Part shown: piece by piece, positions 46,201 through 56,300 of the stretch
Layout: every line of letters starts with the position of its first letter
How positions within the stretch are numbered: the first letter of the stretch is position 1
Virus record (IMG/VR): IMGVR_UViG_3300025570_000016
Location: 1 to 61,506 of that record
DNA length: 61,506 nt
Reading direction: 5' to 3' (one strand)
DNA from: a virus
Taxonomy: Duplodnaviria > Caudoviricetes
Notes under the pieces: generated by a model
Database searches by the model: none
Told to the model about the DNA's origin: nothing
The model's input: the letters and a program-made list of their open reading frames with translations, nothing else
Made by a program: the position numbers and the translations under genes

Positions 46201-47924
46201 TACACCTTAAGTTTTCTAACTGCTACGCTTTTGGTAACGGTGTAGAGAGTTATACCGTTAGAGATTCTGTAAAAGGAAGAGCTATGAGTTTGGGTAATCG
46301 GGTAACTACAGTTTCAGAGCAGGACTACAAAAGAGCTCATAGAAGCAGTGATATTACTTACAGTGGTATATACAACGATGAGACGAACTTAAATAGATTA
46401 AACGAGTTCAACTTAGGGTTAGCTAACTTTAAGGCGTTAGAAGACTCCTTTGGCCCTATAAACAAACTATTTGCTCGTGAAACAAATATACTCGCGCTTC
46501 AGGAAGATAAAATATCTTACGTTCTTTCGGGTACAAATTTATTGTCAGACGCAAGTGGTGGTGGTGTTTTAACGTCTGTACCTGAGGTGTTAGGAAAGCA
46601 GATAGCTAGAATAGAAGACTATGGTATTAGTGATAATACTGAGAGCTTTGCCTCGTATGGTAGCAGTAAGTTCTTTACAGACGCTAAGCGAGGTGCTGTT
46701 ATACAGTTAAAAGGCGACGGCCCATCAGAAAGTCTTAATGTTATTTCAGAGCTTGGAATGCGCAGTTGGTTTAGAGACTTATTTACTGATAGCTTTGAAA
46801 CTCAAAAGCTTGGCGGTTATGACCCTTACATGAATGAGTATGTTTTATCTAACAACGACATACTACTCCCTAAAGAAGATGAGTGTATTCCTTGTGGTCA
46901 AAGGCAAACTTTTTCATTAAAGCCTAGCGGAACTAAATCTTTTTGTGTAGACTTGTTAACAACGCTTGGCGAGGTTCCATTTATTTTTTCTGCAGGAGCT
47001 GATGAATTTACGGTATCAATAAATTGGGATGGCAGCACTAACATATACCCAAGCATAACAGGTAATGAAACTAGAACTCTTAATAAAGATAAGACAACCC
47101 CAACAAAAGCATTAATATCTATACAAAATAATAGTTCGGAAAATGATGCAACTATTGATTTAACTTCAGGGTGTCCTACGGGTACTGAATTAAAAGTAAG
47201 GACTATTGTTCTTACAAACAACTCTGATTCAAATAAAATTTTAAATTGTTTTTATAGTTACAATGGGGGCAGTGCTGAAGTATTTAGCCCTAATAACATT
47301 GTTACTTTCCAAAACAATCCTAATACATTAATATTTGCGTCTTCTTACGAAACTTACACAGGAGACCAAGGGCAGGGCTCAATACCTGTAAAAGGAAATG
47401 ATGTTACTATAAGAACATCTGCGCACGCTTCAACTTTCTATAACTTAAATAATAAAGACAGGTTTTTGTGGTTAAATACTAATACAGACTACGCAAATAC
47501 GTCAGCAGATTTATTTAGTTTAGTTACCGCAGCAAACTCTCTGACACCAAATAATAATGGTGCAAATGAGTTTAGTGCTACATTTACCCTTCCAAGTTCT
47601 GTATATGATTATATTTATTTAATATGGGATTTAAGAAGAGAAGACTCTTCATTTTTATGTGAACAAGCGGGTGAACAAACAGTTCCTAACCTTGAAGAGG
47701 TTTGCTGTGCTTGTGGGTGTGAAGATGGTTCAGGTAGCTCTATTCCAACTGAATATACAATTACAAACTCAGGAAGCACGACTTTAACTTTAACATACAA
47801 TGGTGGTTCTACGTTAAGTATTTTAGGTAATACGGTAACAGACTTCTGCTCATCGACTACACCAACATATACACCTACAACTGCGTCAGGTGTTTTAATA
47901 ACCGCTAAATCTTGTGATTGCTAA
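43266..47924 (+). CDS. Tail nozzle/stabilization protein, main part
   Basis: GRMNKSVDERLVPNGEYVDAMN, FFTDNYNPPRKIN, GNRIMYGNY, GIVYMDEFNR, FFTDAKRGAV. Confidence 0.72.
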   Translation: MANLKRHFIAGRMNKSVDERLVPNGEYVDAMNVRLGSTEESEIGSVESSKGNELLTAINLGTYSDIQYDLSANARCIGAFEDGANETIYWFIHDNNASDTGTNKADLIVSYNTNVKSAEYHVISFKNDDDPTNTTLNFNPSYLISNVNKVGNFLFFTDNYNPPRKINVNSNYEYPTSITGSDNFEYNDILVVLDPPAQAPLVTGIDNPSITDTFMQDRFICFGYRYEYADGEYSATSQFTNPSFLPKPFELSPESGVNDGMVNSINTAEVTFYTGGPQVKGVEILFKESDSGTIKVIEKLNKQQLNYLDYTNYTYSFTDSKIFTILSEGEILRLYDNVPLLAKTQTLMGNRIMYGNYIEGYDLKRGGQNTRLSYTVDVNSTDIGFNALSNNGFNSVAYDINPATSVTTLGNVVVDLSNIQDKLTAGSAFSFSFRLEHNSFNGAPTTLPASTNNNMEFGFTYILPQNFSNTTELLNSTDFQDKLGLSSSIVPISTACERQTLTDRYNCALSDTLQGGYSLYSSGISAVEQPIIVGPSSGTEMSLVVLAAVYTNDPAQPVIGNLAFEYFDIAEAEFSFQQEPSSASLHSNRGYEVGIVYMDEFNRATTALVSESNTVYIPCSASPTKNEVVVNIPPSQLAPDFAKRYKFVIKPDGEQYETIYSNIYFKDSESDFTYFLLEGENIAKVEEGDRYIVKRDSTGPLRSCAQATVLEKKAQAEDFITVFDSGGDNVTVPAGTYMKMMTTNFVAGSSSSSFNQSGIQSSEQNVPSTITYLQYDGFSTPASGGGSPYSNTLIPRGSRINISIDWYRAGTNYIGDRNCNKLEYNFTANVEASQEYTDIIGLWNGENVSDLLPNDFVYNSTLLTTPAEIIAFEQSGTSSTRRLQWFENAADNQIKLLISGYQSCASGTTSSITSNFQIFIAGETNLIVFETEPTDALPDVWYEGQDSYPIDTVTGYHLDGGNFADPDDQDQSATEPAILHLKFSNCYAFGNGVESYTVRDSVKGRAMSLGNRVTTVSEQDYKRAHRSSDITYSGIYNDETNLNRLNEFNLGLANFKALEDSFGPINKLFARETNILALQEDKISYVLSGTNLLSDASGGGVLTSVPEVLGKQIARIEDYGISDNTESFASYGSSKFFTDAKRGAVIQLKGDGPSESLNVISELGMRSWFRDLFTDSFETQKLGGYDPYMNEYVLSNNDILLPKEDECIPCGQRQTFSLKPSGTKSFCVDLLTTLGEVPFIFSAGADEFTVSINWDGSTNIYPSITGNETRTLNKDKTTPTKALISIQNNSSENDATIDLTSGCPTGTELKVRTIVLTNNSDSNKILNCFYSYNGGSAEVFSPNNIVTFQNNPNTLIFASSYETYTGDQGQGSIPVKGNDVTIRTSAHASTFYNLNNKDRFLWLNTNTDYANTSADLFSLVTAANSLTPNNNGANEFSATFTLPSSVYDYIYLIWDLRREDSSFLCEQAGEQTVPNLEEVCCACGCEDGSGSSIPTEYTITNSGSTTLTLTYNGGSTLSILGNTVTDFCSSTTPTYTPTTASGVLITAKSCDC

Positions 47925-49678
47925 TGGCTAAATTTGGACAATACTATATAGATGGAGATAACTTAGGAAACGCAACCGCTGTATTTTCTAATGAAAAAAT
48001 GACTACACTAGCACCTGAAGGGTACTACTCAGAAGGTAATATAACTAGATATTTTAACACTACAGGTAAAGGTCCTGAGTTAATTAAAAATGGTAATTTT
48101 AACCTTGGAATTAATTCATGGGCTACTATTCCTTTAGGGAACGGTAACTTTACACCGGGTCAAGTTGTTATAACTACAGGAGGAGCTCCGGGACAAACCA
48201 AGTTGTTTAATATTCCCGGTCAAGAGACTTTAAATTTATTCCCTACAGGTCAAGTAGAGTTTTATTTTGAATACGCCGTTTCAGCAACAACAGGTAATCC
48301 AACCCTTCAATACTTTGATGGGACTAATTTTATAAACACAGACACAAGTGCTAGTGAAGAGATTTTATTTACATCTACAAATACTATAAATGACTTTCAA
48401 ATAAACATTGCTAGCAGCACTGCTACAGACACAATAACTATAACCAACCTTTCTTTTAGACAAAAAATTCCAATTGGATTAAGTGGTAACCTTGACTGCC
48501 CTTTATGTACTGTAGACTGCGCAGTTCAACCATTAATTACTACTCCTAATAATGCAGCGGGTATAGCTAATATAAACACCAAGTTTGGAAGTGCGACGGG
48601 TGCAATAAAAGTAACGGTTAACACAAGTAAACCTATAGGTCTTTTTCTTAAAAATCAAACATCCTCCAACACATATAATGAGTTTGTAGATGCAAACGAT
48701 GGTCTTAATGTAACCGCAGACCCATCTGCTGTAAGTTATTATTATGGTGGTGGCTATACAGATACTTGTACCAATTGGGATAACAACGTATTAAGCAACC
48801 CTCCTGTCTTTGAGTATAATGTAAATACAGGCGGGTTTGACTTTGTTGGTAACAACCCTACGTCTAGCACGTCTAATAAAGTTTCTGTAGGCTCTGATAA
48901 ATTTTTATCTTTAGTTAATTATATCCCTAAAGCTTTTGTTACTGATTTTGTTTTAGAAGGTGAGTTTGCGTTTCCTTGTGGTGGGGATGAGGATGCAAGT
49001 AATTACGCAAACATTCAAATATCTTGCCCTTCACCACTACCGTCAGTAAATTGGTTAAACCTTAGTTTTACAAGTCATGCAGATGCATGCAGTTCCAATA
49101 TTGGTCCTGAACTAGCTACAAATGGTAGTTTCGGAAGTGCTAGTGATTGGTCTGATACAGGAAATTGGACTATAAACTCAGGTTTAGCTAAGCATACTGC
49201 TTCCGGAAACAATTTACTATATCAAAACATGGGACTTGTTTCAGGGAAAAGCTATCAGGTACAATGGGTTGTAGATTACAATACGTCAGGAACTGTTGGT
49301 ATATATGAAGGTTCATACGGTACTGTAACGGGTGATAATCATGTGTCTAGTGCAGGAACTTATAATTCGGTTCTCTTAAGTACAGACCCTCTTTTTGTGT
49401 TTTACTCTTATGGGGTTTGCGGTATAGATAGTGTTTCTGTAAAAGAAATTATTAGTTCAACTCCTCTAAATACCGGTACAATGTATATAGGTCGAGTTAG
49501 TACAAGTGCAGGTCGAAATAATATTGAGATTAACGATTTAATTTATCATACTTCATCCGCAGAAGGTGGTCTTAGTATTGGCTACTATAAAGTTGCAGGC
49601 TCTGATGTTGGTTCAGCGGCAGTTAATTCTACAGTAAAAGTAGTGGATAGAGTAGTAACAGAAATACAAGATTGTTAA
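47924..49678 (+). CDS. Tail-associated protein with CBM-like modules
   Basis: PELIKNGNF and PELATNGSF...SVSVKE modules. Confidence 0.65.
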   Translation: MAKFGQYYIDGDNLGNATAVFSNEKMTTLAPEGYYSEGNITRYFNTTGKGPELIKNGNFNLGINSWATIPLGNGNFTPGQVVITTGGAPGQTKLFNIPGQETLNLFPTGQVEFYFEYAVSATTGNPTLQYFDGTNFINTDTSASEEILFTSTNTINDFQINIASSTATDTITITNLSFRQKIPIGLSGNLDCPLCTVDCAVQPLITTPNNAAGIANINTKFGSATGAIKVTVNTSKPIGLFLKNQTSSNTYNEFVDANDGLNVTADPSAVSYYYGGGYTDTCTNWDNNVLSNPPVFEYNVNTGGFDFVGNNPTSSTSNKVSVGSDKFLSLVNYIPKAFVTDFVLEGEFAFPCGGDEDASNYANIQISCPSPLPSVNWLNLSFTSHADACSSNIGPELATNGSFGSASDWSDTGNWTINSGLAKHTASGNNLLYQNMGLVSGKSYQVQWVVDYNTSGTVGIYEGSYGTVTGDNHVSSAGTYNSVLLSTDPLFVFYSYGVCGIDSVSVKEIISSTPLNTGTMYIGRVSTSAGRNNIEINDLIYHTSSAEGGLSIGYYKVAGSDVGSAAVNSTVKVVDRVVTEIQDC

Positions 49679-49679
49679 T

Positions 49680-50468
49680 ATGGCAAATTACACACTAACA
49701 TACAGCGAAGGTTCAAAAGGGTTTCCTTCTTTTTACAGCTACTACCCTGATTACATGATTGGGATGAATAATTATTTTTACACGTTTAAAGGCGGTCAAA
49801 TGTATAGGCATAATACCAACGACATTCATAACAGGTATTATGAAACTACTCATAGTTCAATAATTAAAACTGTAATAAATCAAGCCCCACTACAGAATAA
49901 GCTATTTAAAACAATTAACTTAGAGTCTACTGATGCTTGGATGACTGATATTTTAACTGACGTTAACTCTCAGTTAGGCAAGATACCTTCCGATGAGTTT
50001 GTGAAAAAAGAAGGTAATTACTTTGGCTATGTACGGAATCAAGGGGTGAGTAATACTCAAGCTGTTATATCGAATTCTGATTTAAACTCAAGAACTGTTG
50101 GTGGTTTAGGTGTTCCATACACTCAAAATGCAGGTAGCATGAAGTTTTATCTTTCAGAGACGAGTCTTAGTATTGGGGATTACATATATAGGTATGATAG
50201 TTTTCCCAACTCTCTGATATTTGTAGGTAAGGTTACGAATCTTGTTTATTCAACTCTATCTCCAAATAATACTTCAGTTTTAACCGTTACGCATAACGGA
50301 ACCACCGTTTCTTCCGGCACGTCTATAATGTACGCTAAGGATACCGCGGCTGAGTCAATGGGTGTTATGGGTCATTATGCTGAGGTAACTTTAACACTTC
50401 CAAGTACAGTAACAGGCCCTAGTGAGCTTTTTGCTATTGAATCTGAAACAATGAAAAGCTATCCTTAA
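49680..50468 (+). CDS. Probable separated C-terminal part of the nozzle protein
   Basis: TLTYSE..KGFPSFYSYYP...NNYFYTFKGG, KLFKTINLES, FVKKEG, GHYAEV...ELFAI. Confidence 0.6.
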   Translation: MANYTLTYSEGSKGFPSFYSYYPDYMIGMNNYFYTFKGGQMYRHNTNDIHNRYYETTHSSIIKTVINQAPLQNKLFKTINLESTDAWMTDILTDVNSQLGKIPSDEFVKKEGNYFGYVRNQGVSNTQAVISNSDLNSRTVGGLGVPYTQNAGSMKFYLSETSLSIGDYIYRYDSFPNSLIFVGKVTNLVYSTLSPNNTSVLTVTHNGTTVSSGTSIMYAKDTAAESMGVMGHYAEVTLTLPSTVTGPSELFAIESETMKSYP

Positions 50469-50490
50469 ATTTTAGTATCTTTGTTGTTAT

Positions 50491-50901
50491 ATGATATTTA
50501 GCACAAAAGCACTACGAGCCGAAGATTATGACAACACCTTAGTAGGGTGGTGGAACGATTGGGGAGGTCAAGCTCCAAGTAAGGAGTTTCTTCCTGAGGA
50601 TGGATTGTCAGGGTTAATGATTTGGGATGAGGATACACCTATATGTGCAGGTTTTTTGTATGACACCAACTCAAAGATAGCATGGATAGATTGGATTATA
50701 TCCAATAAGAATTATAGAAAGAAGCCACACCGCAATAACGCTATTAACTACTTATTAGATAGCTTGATTGGTGTAGCACAGAGTATGGATAAGAAATATA
50801 TTTTTGCAAACAACAACAACCCTTTACTCGTAAATCATTTTGTGGGTAAGGGATTTAGTGTTGGGGCTAAAAATCAAACAGAATTACTTTTAAAAATATA
50901 A
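50491..50901 (+). CDS. GNAT-like protein
   Basis: ICAGFLY, WIISNKNYR, KGF; located before the ejection genes. Confidence 0.6.
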   Translation: MIFSTKALRAEDYDNTLVGWWNDWGGQAPSKEFLPEDGLSGLMIWDEDTPICAGFLYDTNSKIAWIDWIISNKNYRKKPHRNNAINYLLDSLIGVAQSMDKKYIFANNNNPLLVNHFVGKGFSVGAKNQTELLLKI

Positions 50902-50903
50902 CT

Positions 50904-51512
50904 ATGGGAGTAGAATTAGCTGCTATGTCAGGTTTAGTTTCAGCGGGAATGTCTTTCTCGCAAGCCTCTAAAGCAAGAAAGGAAAGGGAACAAGCTCAAA
51001 ATCTAGCTGACGAAGCTTTTGCTGAGGCAAGAGAACAACTAGAGGTTAACTACTTAGAGGAGCTTAGTATAAGTAAAGAGCCATACGAAAGACAACGTGA
51101 AGCCCTTGCTCAGCAAGCTGCTCAAGCAATTGAAGTAGGCCGAGAGGGTGACCCTAGACTAGCCGCAGCTACTGCAGGTAGAGTTCTTGGTCAGGCTCAG
51201 AAGGCGGAGCAAGCAATTACTACTCAACAAACCCAAGACCTTGAGACTTTAGAGAGAGCTGTAGCTGATGAAGAAAAAGCTTTGGCTTCAAAAAGGGCTG
51301 AGCTTGATTTAGCTCAAGCTGAAGGGGCGGGTATAGCTGCTGCTGAAGCTGCTAATTTAGAGGCCACCTCTATGCAGTCTGCAACCCAAGGATTAGTTGA
51401 TACAGGTATGGGGTTGTACGAGATGTCTGAGTTATACCCTCAGCAAAAACTCGCAGGTGTAACGGGAACTAATCAGGGACGCGTAAAGGGTGCTCAAGGT
51501 AAAATTAGATAA
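50904..51512 (+). CDS. Putative ejection/pilot protein
   Basis: Ala/Gln-rich helical protein. Confidence 0.6.
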   Translation: MGVELAAMSGLVSAGMSFSQASKARKEREQAQNLADEAFAEAREQLEVNYLEELSISKEPYERQREALAQQAAQAIEVGREGDPRLAAATAGRVLGQAQKAEQAITTQQTQDLETLERAVADEEKALASKRAELDLAQAEGAGIAAAEAANLEATSMQSATQGLVDTGMGLYEMSELYPQQKLAGVTGTNQGRVKGAQGKIR

Positions 51513-51514
51513 TA

Positions 51515-53305
51515 ATGGCAAAGTCGTATTATAAGTTTGATAAACGCCCTGACAAAGTAACTGTAGATTGGGGTGCTATAAGTAAAGATTTTTCTACTCG
51601 ATTATCTAAAGAAAGAAATCGTAGAGAGGATTTAAAGTCTGAGATTGCAGAGGATACTAAGAAGTATTTACGCACAGTGCAAGACACACCTCAGGGTCAG
51701 AACCAATCAGCTAATGATAGGATGGCTTCTTTTGCTGAAGCTGCAACAAAAACAAGATTGATGCAGGAGCAGAAGCTTAAAAGCGGAGAGCTTAAGCTTA
51801 GGGATTACTATGCTCAGAAAGCTAACCTTGAGCAAGGAACAACTGACCTGTTTGAGGTTGCTAAAAATTTCAACACCAACTTTGAGAAGAACATGCAGAG
51901 GGCTAATACCAACGCATCTCAGGTTGAGATATGGAATAATGGTAGGATGCAAGACTTTGCTAACCCTGCTCAGTCACAGATTATCGTAGACCCTGAGACC
52001 GGCGAGGTTTTAGTAGCTAAGATTGTAGACGGAGTTCCGTCTAAGACAGACATAGCTTCAGTGTTTAGTTTAAAGAGTGGTGTTAACCAAGAGATTGATA
52101 GGGTTGATGTAAAGGATTGGGCAAGTAAAACACTTGACACTTATAAGGAAGACTTTCAACAAGTTTTTGCAAGTGGTGGTTCAGTTACATCAAAATTAAA
52201 TAACCCTAAGTTTAAAAAAGCAATTGATAAAGATGTTGCTGCTAAATTAAAGACAGGTAGTTATACGGCTGCGAGTGTGTTGGCAGACAATACAGATAAA
52301 GAGTACACGTTCTCTACAGACGAGAAAGATAGAGGTAAGGACGGCGTTATAATGATGATACCAAACCCTAAGAACCCAAGCAGTGGTGTATTGATTCCTG
52401 ACCTAACAGAGGCACAGGAGAAGGAAGCTGCTAAGGTTCTTAAAGATTCAATACTTGGTAGATTAGGACGTAAAGAAACACCCGCACCTAAGGTAACTAA
52501 AAGTGACATTGAGGTTGCTAGCATTCAGGACAGGACTGCTAACTACAAGAAAGATATTACAGACGTTATTGTTTTAGGTGGGGACGATTTTTCGGAGTCG
52601 GCTGAAAGATTAATCACAAGGTACAATAAGGATTCAAAAAAGGGTGAGGATATAATTTTATCTATAGATAAAGCAGAGGACTCTATACTTATTGAATATG
52701 AAAACGAAGATGGTGGCACACGACTTGAAACGATTGATATTACAGGAAAATCATCTCAACAATTAGCCGCTGACCTTTCGGACAAACTAAAACCTAGAAA
52801 TATTAATATACCATCAGAAAGATTTGCTGAGCTTGAGATTAACCTTGAGCCGGGAAGAGGTGAGAGAGGTAAGGTAATGGAGAAAGCAACACCTATATTG
52901 CAAGATTACTTTTTATTAGCAGATGGTGCTAATATAAAGGTAGATGAAGCTTTTAGTGGTCAAGAAGCTGAGAAAGCTGTTGAGTTGACTAACGAGTTAC
53001 TCTCTAGGAACTTCTCTAACCTAAGAACCTCCACTGAAGAAATTGCCGGAACTAAAAATATTTTATTGAAAATAGGTGACCTTGAGATTAAGGTAGGTTA
53101 CAATAGTGATAACACTAGAGCATACCTAAACGACTTGCAAGAAATATTTGATGCAGTTAGAAGCGGAGACACTGAAGGCCTTAAAGATAAGTACGAAGTA
53201 GTTGTAGAGTATGGTGGAAGCAGGTCTGATGTGAGAAAAAGAGAATTGGAACGACAAGGCAAGAATCAGGATACATCCAAGAAAGTAGACTACAGTAACT
53301 TATAG
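51515..53305 (+). CDS. Putative ejection protein
   Basis: 596 aa; position between the pilot and giant proteins. Confidence 0.55.
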   Translation: MAKSYYKFDKRPDKVTVDWGAISKDFSTRLSKERNRREDLKSEIAEDTKKYLRTVQDTPQGQNQSANDRMASFAEAATKTRLMQEQKLKSGELKLRDYYAQKANLEQGTTDLFEVAKNFNTNFEKNMQRANTNASQVEIWNNGRMQDFANPAQSQIIVDPETGEVLVAKIVDGVPSKTDIASVFSLKSGVNQEIDRVDVKDWASKTLDTYKEDFQQVFASGGSVTSKLNNPKFKKAIDKDVAAKLKTGSYTAASVLADNTDKEYTFSTDEKDRGKDGVIMMIPNPKNPSSGVLIPDLTEAQEKEAAKVLKDSILGRLGRKETPAPKVTKSDIEVASIQDRTANYKKDITDVIVLGGDDFSESAERLITRYNKDSKKGEDIILSIDKAEDSILIEYENEDGGTRLETIDITGKSSQQLAADLSDKLKPRNINIPSERFAELEINLEPGRGERGKVMEKATPILQDYFLLADGANIKVDEAFSGQEAEKAVELTNELLSRNFSNLRTSTEEIAGTKNILLKIGDLEIKVGYNSDNTRAYLNDLQEIFDAVRSGDTEGLKDKYEVVVEYGGSRSDVRKRELERQGKNQDTSKKVDYSNL

Positions 53306-53320
53306 TAAAAGATAAACATA

Positions 53321-56300
53321 ATGAACGAGCAGGTATTAAAAGATTTATACGATAGAGCTGTATCTAAAGGTTATCAAAAATCTATTGAAGAGTTTAATGC
53401 GTTACTACAAAGTAATGAGAATGTATTAGCCGACAACTATGGTTACGTGCAAGAGAAGGGATACCAAAAGTCTCTTGAAGATTTCTCTGTTTTAGTAGGA
53501 GTAAAAAAAAAAGAAGATTCGGTTTCAGTTTCTCAGCAGGTCGTTACGGATTCTACTATACCACAGCAGCAGGAAGAGGTTATTTCTTCGGAGTCTATCA
53601 CACTTGAAGAACCTTCTGAATATACTGTTGTACAGGATGCAGAACCAAGTAGAAGGTATCAGGGTGATAAACCGATTTCATTAGAGAAGTCTACCGCTAT
53701 TGAGAGAGTGTTCGGTAAGAACGAACTTACCGATTTGTTTGGTGACATCTATAGAGCAGGTGCAGCAGGTCAAGCCCAAGGTGGTTCTGTTGACGAGGCT
53801 TTAGAGTTGTTTGCAAAAGGTTCTGACGTTTCAGATGATGACATCCAAGAATTTATTGCTGCACAAAAACGCATGCAATCTATGGGTGAGTCTGATGAGA
53901 TGCGTGATTTCCAAGAAATTTATCAAGAGAATGGTGGCGGTTGGCTAGGCTTTGTAAAAGGTGTGGCTAAAAACCCTACCGTTATACCACAGTTATTCGT
54001 ATCGTCAGTTAGTGCTATGGCTACCCCTGCAGTCCTTGCGGGTGCAGCAGGTGGTGCAGCAGGTGGTGCTTTAGTTGGTGGGCCTGCCGGAGCTTTAATA
54101 GGTGCTATGGGTATGGCCGGTACTACGCTTGAGACAGGTCTTACTTACGCTGAGCTACTACAAGAGCAGCTTGGTGACAAGCCTATGACCACTGAGAATA
54201 TAAGAGCTGTATTAGGAGACAAGGAAGCGATGGATGAGATTCGCTTTAAAGCTGTAGGGCGTGGTCTTACAATTGGTACTATTGATGCTATCACGGGTGG
54301 TCTTGCAGGTAAGCTTACTACTAGCGTTGTAAAATCTACAGGTCGAAAACTTTTAGGTGCTACCGCAGGTGGTACTGTCGAGGCTGTAGGTGGTTCTGCG
54401 GGTGAGGTTGCAGGTAGATTGGTTGCGGGTCAAGAGATGGACGTTGCTGAGATTGGTTTTGAAGGTATTGCCGGTACAGCCACAGCCCCACTGACTGTAG
54501 GTTATGGTCTTTACAAAGCCCCTAAATACCATATAAATGGTAAGGATAAAAACGCTGCAGTATCAGGTCCTGATATGGCTAGGTTTATTAGAGAGGCTAA
54601 CCCTAACGATTTAATTAAGGCTGAGGTTAACATTGTTAACGACGATGTGCTGCAGGCTGAGTATACAAAGAAATACCAAGAGGCTGTAACTAAGAGAGAT
54701 ATATCTGAGGCTGACCCTGAGATGAACCAACCTACGCTTGACGCTATCACAGAGCTTCAGGTAGAGTTGAATAACCTTAAGGGTAAAGACAATCAGGTAG
54801 CTAAGGATAGAGCTAAGGTTATAAGAGAGGAGATAAAGAATCTTCAAGAGAACCCATTAACAGAAGAAACAGATGCCATTCAAGAGCCAAGCGCAGAGAC
54901 GGTGGATGTACAAGAACAAACCGGAGTTAGCGAAGGAGTTCGAGAAGGAGACACCGACATCACAGCAGTTACCGAAGAGGTTACACAAGAAGAAGTACAA
55001 GAACAAGATGTCTCTCCGGAGCTACAGAGCGAGGTAGACAAAGCTATTGCAGACGAGCAGTTAGACTTAACTGAGTTAGACCAAGCTATTACTGAAGAGG
55101 CGGCCACTGAACAGGCGGTTACTGAGGAGTCTATCGCTGAGGAAGTTGCACCTGAAGAGGTGGTTACCGAAGATGCTGTTGCTGAAGATGCTGTTACTGA
55201 AGTATCTATATCTAATAAAGAACAGGTTAACAACCTTATTGATAAAGTTGATTCTAATAAACAGCAAATAATAAATAGTGCAGTCAAAGCTGTTAATACC
55301 TTAAAGTCTGTATTACCTAACTTTGATATTATAATACACGACACCACTGATAGCTATAATTCTAAGATGGCTAAGGTTAATGGTAATGAAAATTCTCGTG
55401 GCAGCTTCTCTTATTCAATTAACGAGAACGGAGACTTTGTAGGTAGCATAGATATTAACTTAACTAATGCTAGGGTTAGAACGGTTGCTCATGAAGTGAC
55501 TCATGCTGTTTTACTAAAATCATTTGGTGAAGCCCCTGCTACATTTTCAAAATTTAAGAATAAAATATCGCAGATAATTAAATCAGATGACAACGTAGCT
55601 CTTCAAGAGTTTGCTGATTTATACGATAGAGATGTAGCTCCTGAGGAATATATTACAGAGCTTACTGCAATGCTTGCTGAGAAGGGGACTAAGATAAGCC
55701 CGTCTACATTACAAAAAATTGGAGCATTAATAAACGAATTAGTGTCTAAGATTACTAATGGTAAATTAAAACCATTTGAAGAACTGTCTAACATCAATGA
55801 GTTAGCTGATTTCTTTAACACCGTCTCTCAAGCAATAGCTGAGGGGGATGTGATTGACTCTGACGGCGTTACTGAGAAAATAAATGTAGACGCTACACCT
55901 AACGAAACAGAGGTTGATACCGGCAGCTTAACGTCTAAGTCAAGTTTAATTCAAGACTTAGGGCTTACTAGGTTTAAAGAGATGTCTTCAAGAATAAAGA
56001 CGGGCGTCACCATAAAAGATGTTGGAGAAGTAGAGTCTCATTTAACTTTCGCAGATAGATTAGTTACAGGTAAGGTTGGGACTGAAGATTATTTAGGCGG
56101 TATATTATTCGCCGCAGCGACAGGTAATGTTTGGGCCTCTTTTAAGCTAGGGAAAGTTAATTCTATAATCAAAGGAATGCCTAAAAATAAAGACGGCTTC
56201 CGATACTTAATGCCCGCTCTTCTTACTGAGTCATCGCACATGTCTAACAAGAACATGGTTATGACATCGTTAAAATTAATGAATGATTCCATAAAAAATA

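Noticed and set aside
36397-49678. Diversity-generating retroelement behind the repeated modules
   Set aside because: No reverse transcriptase and no adenine-specific TR/VR pair
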